Shown: positions 9,381 to 16,731 of the stretch, in pieces
Numbering within the stretch: position 1 is the first letter of the stretch
Layout: the number at the start of each line of letters is the position of its first letter
Assembly: GCA_944350145.1 (NCBI GenBank)
Contig: CALVOC010000002.1
Location: forward strand, 1-39,344
Reading direction: 5' to 3'
DNA length: 39,344 nt
From: an uncultured Bacilli bacterium
GTDB taxonomy: Bacteria > Bacillota_I > Bacilli_A > RF39 > UBA660
Made by a program: the position numbers and the translations under genes
The notes under the pieces: generated by a model
Told to the model about the DNA's origin: nothing
Database searches by the model: none
Seen by the model: the letters and a program-made list of their open reading frames with translations, nothing else

Positions 9381-9842
9381 ATGAGAAAAGAATATGAAAT
9401 CAATGAAGAAACTTTAGCAATAATTGCTGTGGATAAGAACTATTCTGAGGTTTATGAGTTAAACGATCACTATGTTATTGAAAAAGGATCAAATAAAATT
9501 ATGGAAGATAGTTGCCGTTATTTTGGAAGTTCATTGGATGGCAGACGAAAAGGGACCGAATATATGATAGGCGTAAATTATAAAGCTCCTATTATTGTTG
9601 AAGAAACAAAAGAAATTATTTTTTTTCCGACATCTACATCTAGAGAAAATTGTAATTGGATTGGACTTAAACATATTAAATCCTATTATAGAGAAGGGGA
9701 AATTTTATTTATTGAGTTTGAAAATGATGTGAAAATTCCTTTAAGTGTTTCCTATGGGATAATCGATAATCAAGTTTTGCGTGCAAGTCGGTTAGAAAGT
9801 GCTTTACGTGGGCGAAAAATAGCAAAAAAATCTATTAAATAA
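9381..9842 (+). CDS. ComK-family protein (competence transcription factor-like), short form of 153 aa
   Basis: Block similarity to B. subtilis ComK as I recall it. SCRYFGSSLDGRRKGTEYMIGVNYKAPIIVEETKEIIFFPTSTSRENCNWIG aligns with SCRFFGSSYAGRKAGTYEVTKISHKPPIMVDPSNQIFLFPTLSSTRPQCGWI. SVSYGIIDNQVLRASRL aligns with PISYNSFENQVYRTAWL. It has its own RBS (GGGGGG) and terminators on both sides. Confidence 0.75.
   Translation: MRKEYEINEETLAIIAVDKNYSEVYELNDHYVIEKGSNKIMEDSCRYFGSSLDGRRKGTEYMIGVNYKAPIIVEETKEIIFFPTSTSRENCNWIGLKHIKSYYREGEILFIEFENDVKIPLSVSYGIIDNQVLRASRLESALRGRKIAKKSIK
9428..9436 (+). promoter_or_regulatory. Perfect DnaA box TGTGGATAA inside the comK-like CDS
   Basis: Read directly. It encodes A-V-D-K. 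Confidence 0.4.
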
Positions 9843-9867
9843 GTCATTTTTGTGTTATAATTATTTT

Positions 9868-9900
9868 AGGTATAGGAGTATTAGTATACCTTTATTTTTT
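9868..9900 (+). terminator. Rho-independent terminator after the comK-like gene
   Basis: Hairpin AGGTATA-(10 nt)-TATACCT followed by TTTATTTTTT. Confidence 0.6.
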
Positions 9901-9928
9901 CTGTAAATAAAAATTAAGGGGCAAAAAT

Positions 9929-11041
9929 ATGAAAGTAGAGTTCTTACAATTGTATAATTTTCGAAATTATGATCAATTAACTATTTCTTTTCATCCACAC
10001 CTTAATCTTATTTATGGAAAGAATGGTTCAGGAAAAACAAATTTAGTAGAAGCAATTTATGTTCTTGGTTTAACAAGAAGCTTTCGATTGGTGGGAGATA
10101 AAACTCTTATTAAAGATGGGGCTTCTATGTGTAAAATTATGGGACGTATTGTGGATAAGTACTCTACAGATTATCAAATTTTACTAAATAAAGAAGGAAA
10201 AAAAGTTCAAATTAATCATGATAAAGTTGCAAAAATTTCAGATTACATTTCCAAAATTCCGATTGTTTTGTTTCATCCTGATGATTTGAGATTCATTAAA
10301 GATACTCCAAGTACCCGTCGAAAAAATGTAAATATTTCTATTTCAGAATTAGATTTGGTTTATTTACGATATTTAAATGATTATAACAAATTATTGAAGC
10401 AACGTAATTCTTATTTAAAACAGATGATTGTTAATGGAAATACTTCAAGTAATTACTTAGAAATTTTAACTGATAAATTAATTGATTATGGCATGAATAT
10501 TCATTTGAAAAGAAAGGAATTTTTAGACTTAATTAACGAATATATTGGTTGTTTTTATCAAAAAATTACGGGGGTTTCTGGTTTAAAATTAAAATATGTT
10601 TCTTCTTATAATGATTTAAGTAAAGATGAGTTGACTGATTTGTATGCTAAAATGCTTGCTAAGGATATTAATTTTGGTAAGACCAATGTTGGCATTCATA
10701 TGGATGATTTGAAGTTTTCTTTAAATGATAAAGATTTAAAAGATTATGGGAGTGAAGGTCAACAAAAAAATGCGATTATTGCTTATAAATTTAGTGAATT
10801 AGAAATATTTAAGAAAATGAAAGGAAATTATCCTATTTTAATACTTGATGATTTGTTTAGTGAATTAGATTTAGAAAAAGTTCAGAATATTTTGAAGTTA
10901 CTTAAAGAAGAAGTTCAAACATTTATTACTACTACTGATGTTACAAAATTTTCTTTTTTGACATCTTTTTCTTACAAACAAATTCATATTCAAAATGGAA
11001 AAGTAGTGGAGGAGAGTGAACATGAAAGAAGAAAAGAATGA
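9929..11041 (+). CDS. recF: DNA replication and repair protein RecF
   Basis: 370-aa ORF with Walker [11 protein letters not shown], signature-like GSEGQQK and Walker B ILILDD. Confidence 0.95.
   Translation: MKVEFLQLYNFRNYDQLTISFHPHLNLIYGKNGSGKTNLVEAIYVLGLTRSFRLVGDKTLIKDGASMCKIMGRIVDKYSTDYQILLNKEGKKVQINHDKVAKISDYISKIPIVLFHPDDLRFIKDTPSTRRKNVNISISELDLVYLRYLNDYNKLLKQRNSYLKQMIVNGNTSSNYLEILTDKLIDYGMNIHLKRKEFLDLINEYIGCFYQKITGVSGLKLKYVSSYNDLSKDELTDLYAKMLAKDINFGKTNVGIHMDDLKFSLNDKDLKDYGSEGQQKNAIIAYKFSELEIFKKMKGNYPILILDDLFSELDLEKVQNILKLLKEEVQTFITTTDVTKFSFLTSFSYKQIHIQNGKVVEESEHERRKE
10150..10158 (+). promoter_or_regulatory. Perfect DnaA box TGTGGATAA inside the recF CDS
   Basis: Read directly. It encodes I-V-D-K. 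Confidence 0.4.
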
Positions 11042-12941
11042 CAATTATGGCGATAGTGCCATTCAAGTCTTAGAAGGATTGGAAGCTGTTCGTAAACGTC
11101 CAGGAATGTATATTGGAAATACCAATGAGGCTGGTCTTCATCATTTAGTTTGGGAAATTGTTGATAACGCAGTTGATGAAGCATTAGCTGGTTATTGTGA
11201 TGATATTGAAGTAGAAATTGGAAAAGGAAATGTTATTACTGTAAAAGATGATGGACGTGGAATGCCAACTGGTATGAATGCTAAAACTGGTCTTTCAACT
11301 ATTGAAACTATATTTACTGTATTACATGCTGGTGGTAAATTTGGCGGCGGTGGATATAAGGTTTCTGGTGGTCTTCACGGTGTAGGTGCTAGTGTTGTCA
11401 ATGCTCTATCTGATTGGTTAGAGGTACGTGTTTATCGTGGTGGAAAAGTGTATTTTCAACGTTTTGAAAATGGTGGACATCCTGTAGAGCCTTTAAAAGT
11501 TATTGATTCTTGTAGCGAGGATCGAACCGGTACAACAGTTACTTTTCATGCGGATCCAACAATGTTTGAAACAACTGTCTATAACTGGGATATTTTGTAT
11601 AAACGTTTACAAGAAATGGCTTTTTTAAATAAAGGTATTAGAATAACTTTGATTGATCATCGTGAGGATGAGAAAAAGGAAATTTTCCATTATAATGGTG
11701 GAATTATTGAATATGTTCAAATGTTAAACAAAAATAAACAACCTTTATTTGATGATATTGTATATGTAGAAGGTAGAGAAGATGATGTATTAATCGAAGT
11801 AGCTATGCAGTATAATGATAGCTATAACGCGGCTATTTATTCTTTTACTAATAATATTCATACAACTGAAGGTGGCACACATGAGGATGGGGTTAAACAA
11901 GCATTAACAAGAGTTATTAATAATTATGCAAAGCAAAATAAACTTTTAAAAGATAATGACGATAGTTTGACTGGCGAAGATGTTCGAGAAGGAATCGTTA
12001 TGATTATTTCTTGTAAGCATCCTAATCCTCAATTTGAGGGACAAACGAAAACGAAACTTGGTAATAGTGAAGTTAAGAAGATTGCAAGTGATGTTTTTGG
12101 TAATGGCTTAGAACGTTTTTTAATGGAAAATCCGGATGCTGCTCGAGCTATTATTGAAAAGTGCATGACTGCTTCTAGAGCAAGACTTGCTGCTAAAAAA
12201 GCAAGGGAGTTAACTAGAAGAAAAGGCGATTTAGATATTACAAACTTTTATGGTAAATTGTCTGATTGTAAAAGTAAAGATCCGTCAGAATGTGAAATTT
12301 TCTTGGTCGAGGGTGATAGTGCCGGTGGTTCTGCTAAAAAAGGGCGAAATAGTATGACTCAAGCAATTTTGCCTCTTCGTGGTAAGATTTTGAATGTAGA
12401 AAAAGCTCGTTTGGATCGAGCATTATCAAATGAAGAAATTCGAACAATTATTACTGCTTTTGGTACAGGAATTGGCGATGAATTTGATTTATCAAAGTTA
12501 AGATATAATAAAATTATTATTATGACTGATGCCGATGTGGATGGGGCACATATTCGAGTTTTATTACTAACATTGTTTTATCGGTTTTTTAAGCCAATTG
12601 TTGAAGCTGGCCATGTATATGCAGCTCAGCCTCCATTATTTAGTATTAAACATGGTAAAACGATAAAATATGTATTAACAGAGGAAGAGAAAAATGAGTA
12701 TATTGCTAGTTTGCCGCCAACTACAAAATATGAAATTGGAAGAATGAAGGGTTTAGGAGAAATGAATGCTGATGAGTTATTTGAAACAACTATGGATATT
12801 GAAAAACGTACTTTAAGACAAATAACAGTAGATGATACGATTGCTGCAGATGAAATTTTTTCAACACTTATGGGTGAAGAGGTTGAACCAAGACGTAAGT
12901 TTATTGAAGAAAATGCTCAATATGCAGATCTAGATATTTAG
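11022..12941 (+). CDS. gyrB: DNA gyrase subunit B
   Basis: GHKL ATPase and TOPRIM motifs ([33 protein letters not shown]). ATG 11022 is preferred over the ORF-track GTG 11016 because GGAGGAG lies 8 nt upstream. The CDS overlaps the recF 3' end. Confidence 0.97.
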   Translation: MKEEKNDNYGDSAIQVLEGLEAVRKRPGMYIGNTNEAGLHHLVWEIVDNAVDEALAGYCDDIEVEIGKGNVITVKDDGRGMPTGMNAKTGLSTIETIFTVLHAGGKFGGGGYKVSGGLHGVGASVVNALSDWLEVRVYRGGKVYFQRFENGGHPVEPLKVIDSCSEDRTGTTVTFHADPTMFETTVYNWDILYKRLQEMAFLNKGIRITLIDHREDEKKEIFHYNGGIIEYVQMLNKNKQPLFDDIVYVEGREDDVLIEVAMQYNDSYNAAIYSFTNNIHTTEGGTHEDGVKQALTRVINNYAKQNKLLKDNDDSLTGEDVREGIVMIISCKHPNPQFEGQTKTKLGNSEVKKIASDVFGNGLERFLMENPDAARAIIEKCMTASRARLAAKKARELTRRKGDLDITNFYGKLSDCKSKDPSECEIFLVEGDSAGGSAKKGRNSMTQAILPLRGKILNVEKARLDRALSNEEIRTIITAFGTGIGDEFDLSKLRYNKIIIMTDADVDGAHIRVLLLTLFYRFFKPIVEAGHVYAAQPPLFSIKHGKTIKYVLTEEEKNEYIASLPPTTKYEIGRMKGLGEMNADELFETTMDIEKRTLRQITVDDTIAADEIFSTLMGEEVEPRRKFIEENAQYADLDI

Positions 12942-12951
12942 GAGGTAAACT

Positions 12952-15417
12952 ATGGATCGTTTAGAAAAAAATAATATTGTTACAGAAGTTAGTAAGTCCT
13001 TTGTTGATTATTCTGTAAGTGTTATCACCTCACGTGCGTTGCCAGATTTACGAGATGGTTTAAAACCTGTTCATCGTAGAATTTTATTTTCTATGTATCA
13101 ATCTGGATATACGAATGATAAACAACATAAGAAATGTGCTCGTATTGTCGGGGATGTTATGGGTAAATTTCATCCTCATGGAGATTCTTCTATTTATGAA
13201 GCTATGGTTCGAATGGCTCAAGATTTCAGTTATCGTTATCCACTTATTGATGGTCATGGTAATTTTGGTAATATGGATGGTGATGGAGCAGCGGCAATGC
13301 GTTATACCGAGGCTCGATTGGCAAAAATTTCTTCAGAATTACTAAGGGATATTAATAAAAATACTGTAGATATGACTCCTAATTTTGATGAATTAGAGGA
13401 AGAACCAGTCGTTTTACCTAGTAGATTTCCAAATATTTTAGTAAATGGTACAATGGGAATTGCTGTAGGTATGGCAACAAATATTCCACCTCATAATTTA
13501 GGCGAGGTAATTGATGGATGTGTTGCATATATTGATAATCCAGAGATCGATACAATGGGATTAATGCAATATATTAAGGGACCAGATTTTCCAACAGGCG
13601 CTACAATTTTAGGAAATAGTGGTATTAAAAAAGCTTATGAAACCGGACGCGGCACTATTACTATTCGTAGTAAAGCCAGTATTGAAGAGAAAAATGGTCG
13701 TTTTCAAATCGTTTTTGATGAAGTTCCTTATGGTGTGAATACCTTAGAGTTGAAGAATAAGGTTGCTGAACTTGTTCATAATAAAGTAATAGAGGGAATT
13801 TCAGATTATCATTCTGATTTAAAGGATGGTATTAAAATTACAATAACTTTAAAAAGGGATGCTAATCCACAAGTTGTTTTAAATAATTTGTATAAACATA
13901 CATCTTTCCAAATTTCTTATGGAATTATTTTATTAATGATTGATCAAGGAGTTCCTAAAACGTTAGGATTGAAAGATATAATAAGTAAATACATTGATTT
14001 TCAACGAGAAGTAATTGTAAGAAGAACTCGTTTTGATTTAGAAAAAGCAGAAGCTCGTGTTCATATTTTACAAGGATTGAAGATAGCTTTAGATCATATT
14101 GATGAAGTAATTAAGATTATTCGCGGAAGTAGAACAGATGTTGAGGCTAAAGAGACTTTAATGAGTCGTTTTGGGCTTTCTGAAATTCAAAGCGATGCTA
14201 TTTTGGAAATGAGATTACGTCGTTTAACTGGTTTAGAAAAGGATAAAATTGAAGCCGAATTAGCTGAATTATTAAAGAAAATTGAAGAATATAAGGCTAT
14301 TTTAGCAAGTGATGAAAAGGTATTAGCTATTATTCGAGCAGAATTACTAGAAATAAAGGATAAATATGCAGATGAACGTCGTACAAATATTGATATGACT
14401 GCAATTGAGTATATTGAGGATGAATCCTTAATTCCAGAAGAAAATATCATGGTGGCTTTAACTAATAAGGGTTATATTAAAAGAACTACTACAGATACCT
14501 TTAAAGCACAAAATAGAGGCGGAGTTGGAGTTAAAGGTATGGCCACAAATGAAGAAGATTTTGTTGAACATTTGCTAAACTTATCCACACATGATTATGT
14601 ATTATTCTTTACAAATAAAGGTAAGGTTTATCGTTTGAAAGGTTATGAGATTCCTGAATTTAGTCGTCAATCTAAGGGAATTCCAGTTATTAACTTATTG
14701 CAAATTGATAAAGATGAATCTATTAATTCTATAATTCGTATTGATAAAGATAATAAGTATAAGTATTTATTATTTGCAACGAAGAAGGGTATTGTTAAGA
14801 AAACTTCTATTGAGGAGTTTGATAATATTCGAACTAATGGTAAGATTTGTATAACATTGAGAGAATCTGATGAATTAATTAGTGTTCGTAAAACTACTGG
14901 TAATGATCTTATTTTACTAGGTTCTAGTGCTGGTAGAATGGTAAAATTTAATGAAAATGAACTTAGAGTAATGGGAAGAACTGCAAGTGGTGTACGGGGT
15001 ATCAATTTAGATGGCACTGACTGCATTGGTGCTGAAATAGCTTCGGATGATGACAAAATTTTAATAGTAACTGAAAAAGGGTACGGAAAGCAAACAAATG
15101 TTCGTGAATACCGCCAGACAAGTCGTGGTAGTAAAGGGGTAAAGGCATTAAATATTACAGATAAAAATGGATCTATTGCTTCCTTTAAATTAGTTGGTGA
15201 AAATAGTGATGTTGTTATTATAACTAATACTGGAATGCTGATTCGTTTACCTTTGGATCAAGTTTCTACTTTAGGTCGTGTTACCCAGGGTGTGCGATTG
15301 ATTCACTTGAAGGATAACCAATCTGTTTCTACTGTTAGTATTGTGGAACATGAAGAAAAAGTGGATTACGACGTAGATGAATCAAATAATTCTAATAATG
15401 AAGAGAAATCTGAATAA
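12952..15417 (+). CDS. gyrA: DNA gyrase subunit A
   Basis: 821-aa ORF with the active-site region [10 protein letters not shown], the QRDR-like [13 protein letters not shown] and C-terminal beta-pinwheel repeats. Confidence 0.97.
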   Translation: MDRLEKNNIVTEVSKSFVDYSVSVITSRALPDLRDGLKPVHRRILFSMYQSGYTNDKQHKKCARIVGDVMGKFHPHGDSSIYEAMVRMAQDFSYRYPLIDGHGNFGNMDGDGAAAMRYTEARLAKISSELLRDINKNTVDMTPNFDELEEEPVVLPSRFPNILVNGTMGIAVGMATNIPPHNLGEVIDGCVAYIDNPEIDTMGLMQYIKGPDFPTGATILGNSGIKKAYETGRGTITIRSKASIEEKNGRFQIVFDEVPYGVNTLELKNKVAELVHNKVIEGISDYHSDLKDGIKITITLKRDANPQVVLNNLYKHTSFQISYGIILLMIDQGVPKTLGLKDIISKYIDFQREVIVRRTRFDLEKAEARVHILQGLKIALDHIDEVIKIIRGSRTDVEAKETLMSRFGLSEIQSDAILEMRLRRLTGLEKDKIEAELAELLKKIEEYKAILASDEKVLAIIRAELLEIKDKYADERRTNIDMTAIEYIEDESLIPEENIMVALTNKGYIKRTTTDTFKAQNRGGVGVKGMATNEEDFVEHLLNLSTHDYVLFFTNKGKVYRLKGYEIPEFSRQSKGIPVINLLQIDKDESINSIIRIDKDNKYKYLLFATKKGIVKKTSIEEFDNIRTNGKICITLRESDELISVRKTTGNDLILLGSSAGRMVKFNENELRVMGRTASGVRGINLDGTDCIGAEIASDDDKILIVTEKGYGKQTNVREYRQTSRGSKGVKALNITDKNGSIASFKLVGENSDVVIITNTGMLIRLPLDQVSTLGRVTQGVRLIHLKDNQSVSTVSIVEHEEKVDYDVDESNNSNNEEKSE

Positions 15418-15430
15418 GATTTCTTTTTTA

Positions 15431-15446
15431 TGTTTCACGTGAAACA
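15431..15446. promoter_or_regulatory. parS-1 TGTTTCACGTGAAACA
   Basis: Perfect match to TGTTNCACGTGAAACA. Confidence 0.85.
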
Positions 15447-15456
15447 TATCTATAAA

Positions 15457-15472
15457 TATTTCCCGGGAAATA
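15457..15472. promoter_or_regulatory. NBS-like palindrome TATTTCCCGGGAAATA (perfect), between parS-1 and parS-2
   Basis: Exact 16-mer. It starts 11 nt after the end of parS-1 and is followed 5 nt later by TGTGAATAA (15478-15486). Confidence 0.6.
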
Positions 15473-15490
15473 AAATATGTGAATAACCAA

Positions 15491-15506
15491 TGTTCCACGT
15501 GAAACA
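15491..15506. promoter_or_regulatory. parS-2 TGTTCCACGTGAAACA
   Basis: Perfect match, identical to the B. subtilis consensus site. Confidence 0.85.
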
Positions 15507-15606
15507 TTGATTTATAATTTTAAACTTATTAAGCGAAAAATATTTATTTTTTTAATAAAAAAGAAATTTATTTTATTGTAGTATACATATAAAAGTTGAT
15601 AACTAA

Positions 15607-15622
15607 TGTTTCACGTGAAACG
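15607..15622. promoter_or_regulatory. parS-3 TGTTTCACGTGAAACG
   Basis: 15/16 match (last base G). Confidence 0.75.
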
Positions 15623-15709
15623 TATGAATTATTAAATAAAAATTATTTAATTATATTTTAGATTATTTTTCTTTTAAATCTTATAAATCCTTTATGTTTA
15701 TAACCATGA

Positions 15710-15725
15710 TGTTTCACGTGAAACA
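15710..15725. promoter_or_regulatory. parS-4 TGTTTCACGTGAAACA
   Basis: Perfect match. Confidence 0.85.
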
Positions 15726-15835
15726 TTCTATTTCTTGTTAGAAATAATGTAAAAATTTATTTTTTTTGATTCATTCTTATTTAAAAAATTCGTTTTTAAT
15801 TATAAATAATTAAATAATAAAGTGTATAACTGTTA

Positions 15836-15851
15836 TGTTCCACGTGAAACA
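15836..15851. promoter_or_regulatory. parS-5 TGTTCCACGTGAAACA
   Basis: Perfect match. Confidence 0.85.
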
Positions 15852-16019
15852 TAATACAAATTGTTATATAAACCATTAAATAGAGTATAATAAAAAATAT
15901 GTAAGTTTTTTTGTTAAAATTAAAGTTTAAATCAAAAAAATTGCATTTTTTCATACTATTTATTTAATCATAAATTTTTAAAATTAACTAATATGTAAAA
16001 TAGAAGTTTATAACTATGA

Positions 16020-16035
16020 TGTTTCACGTGGAACA
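16020..16035. promoter_or_regulatory. parS-6 TGTTTCACGTGGAACA
   Basis: Perfect match on the opposite strand (reverse complement is TGTTCCACGTGAAACA). Confidence 0.85.
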
Positions 16036-16043
16036 TATGTAAT

Positions 16044-16059
16044 TATTTCCTGGGAAATA
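16044..16059. promoter_or_regulatory. NBS-like palindrome TATTTCCTGGGAAATA (15/16), next to parS-6
   Basis: One C-to-T change from the perfect 16-mer. It is followed 2 nt later by TGTGAATAA (16062-16070). Confidence 0.45.
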
Positions 16060-16122
16060 TTTGTGAATAACAATTTTTTTAACATTTTTAAACAAAATTG
16101 AGGTATTTTTGTGTATAACCAA

Positions 16123-16138
16123 TGTTTCACGTGAAACG
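16123..16138. promoter_or_regulatory. parS-7 TGTTTCACGTGAAACG
   Basis: 15/16 match (last base G). Confidence 0.75.
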
Positions 16139-16185
16139 TTGATAATTTATGCTTGCATTTTTACTTTATTTTTGATAATCTTAAT

Positions 16186-16262
16186 TTGTGCAACAAATAT
16201 ATTGTAATCTGGTCAGGATCGGAAGATAGCAGCCACGTCAATCCCTATTTGTGTGCACTTTT
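16186..16262 (+). ncRNA. ffs: Signal recognition particle RNA, minimal 4.5S-like form (about 75 nt)
   Basis: Conserved helix-8 core CUGGUCAGGAUCGGAAGAUAGCAGCCACG, comparable to E. coli 4.5S GGUCAGGUCCGGAAGGAAGCAGCC, with a GGAA tetraloop. The closing stem pairs GUGCAACAAAUA with UAUUUGUGUGCAC and is followed by a U-run. It lies beside tadA and upstream of dnaX, close to the tadA-scr-dnaX arrangement in Bacillus. The ends are approximate. Confidence 0.7.
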
Positions 16263-16279
16263 TTATTGGAGGAATTTAA

Positions 16280-16693
16280 GTGGATAAATATATAGATGTG
16301 TGTTTGGATGAAGCCAGGATTAGTTATCAACAATCTGATGTTCCAATTGGAGCAATTATTGTAAAAAATGGTGAAATTATTGCAAAATCGCATAATACTA
16401 GGGAAATGGATAAGTCTATTCTTGGTCATGCTGAAATTAATGCAATTTTAAGTGCTTCTAAACTATTAAATCGCTGGAATTTGAGTGATTGTGAGCTTTA
16501 TGTAACTTTAAAACCTTGTTCTATGTGTATGGAAGTTATTAAACAGTCCAGAATAGGCAAAATTTACTATTTATTAGACAAATTAGATTATAAAAAAGAG
16601 TTTACTAAAAGTGAATTTATTAAAATTAATGAAAAAGAAAGCGAACAAACGTATCAAAAAATGCTTTCAGATTTTTTTAAAGATAAAAGATAA
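16280..16693 (+). CDS. tadA: tRNA-specific adenosine deaminase TadA
   Basis: GTG start with GGAGG upstream. CDA zinc motifs HAEINAI and PCSMCMEVI. Confidence 0.9.
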   Translation: MDKYIDVCLDEARISYQQSDVPIGAIIVKNGEIIAKSHNTREMDKSILGHAEINAILSASKLLNRWNLSDCELYVTLKPCSMCMEVIKQSRIGKIYYLLDKLDYKKEFTKSEFIKINEKESEQTYQKMLSDFFKDKR

Positions 16694-16731
16694 AATTTTA
16701 TGTTATAATAATAAGGAATGATTTTTTAGAA

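Larger units (their letters stand above)
15431..16138. repeat. Array of seven parS (ParB/Spo0J-binding) palindromes in one AT-rich non-coding island
   Basis: Seven copies of TGTT(T/C)CACGTG(A/G)AAC(A/G) with centre-to-centre spacings of 60, 116, 103, 126, 184 and 103 bp. There is no ORF of 60 aa or more in the region. Confidence 0.85.

Noticed and set aside
15729-15746. TATTTCTTGTTAGAAATA just after parS-4 as a degenerate NBS
   Set aside because: The arms match (ATTTC/GAAAT), but the centre is 6 nt of A/T-rich sequence instead of CCGG, so the half-site spacing differs. It is probably not a Noc site.
15431-16138. Regularly recurring repeat array that could be mistaken for a CRISPR array
   Set aside because: The repeats are 16-18-bp perfect palindromes matching parS. 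Spacing is irregular (60-184 bp), the spacers are nearly pure A/T, and no cas genes or leader are present.
16153-16181. Putative promoter for ffs (TTGCAT ... GATAAT/TAATCT)
   Set aside because: The spacing between the -35 and -10 candidates is ambiguous (15-17 bp) and the region is generally AT-rich, so it is not reported as a feature.
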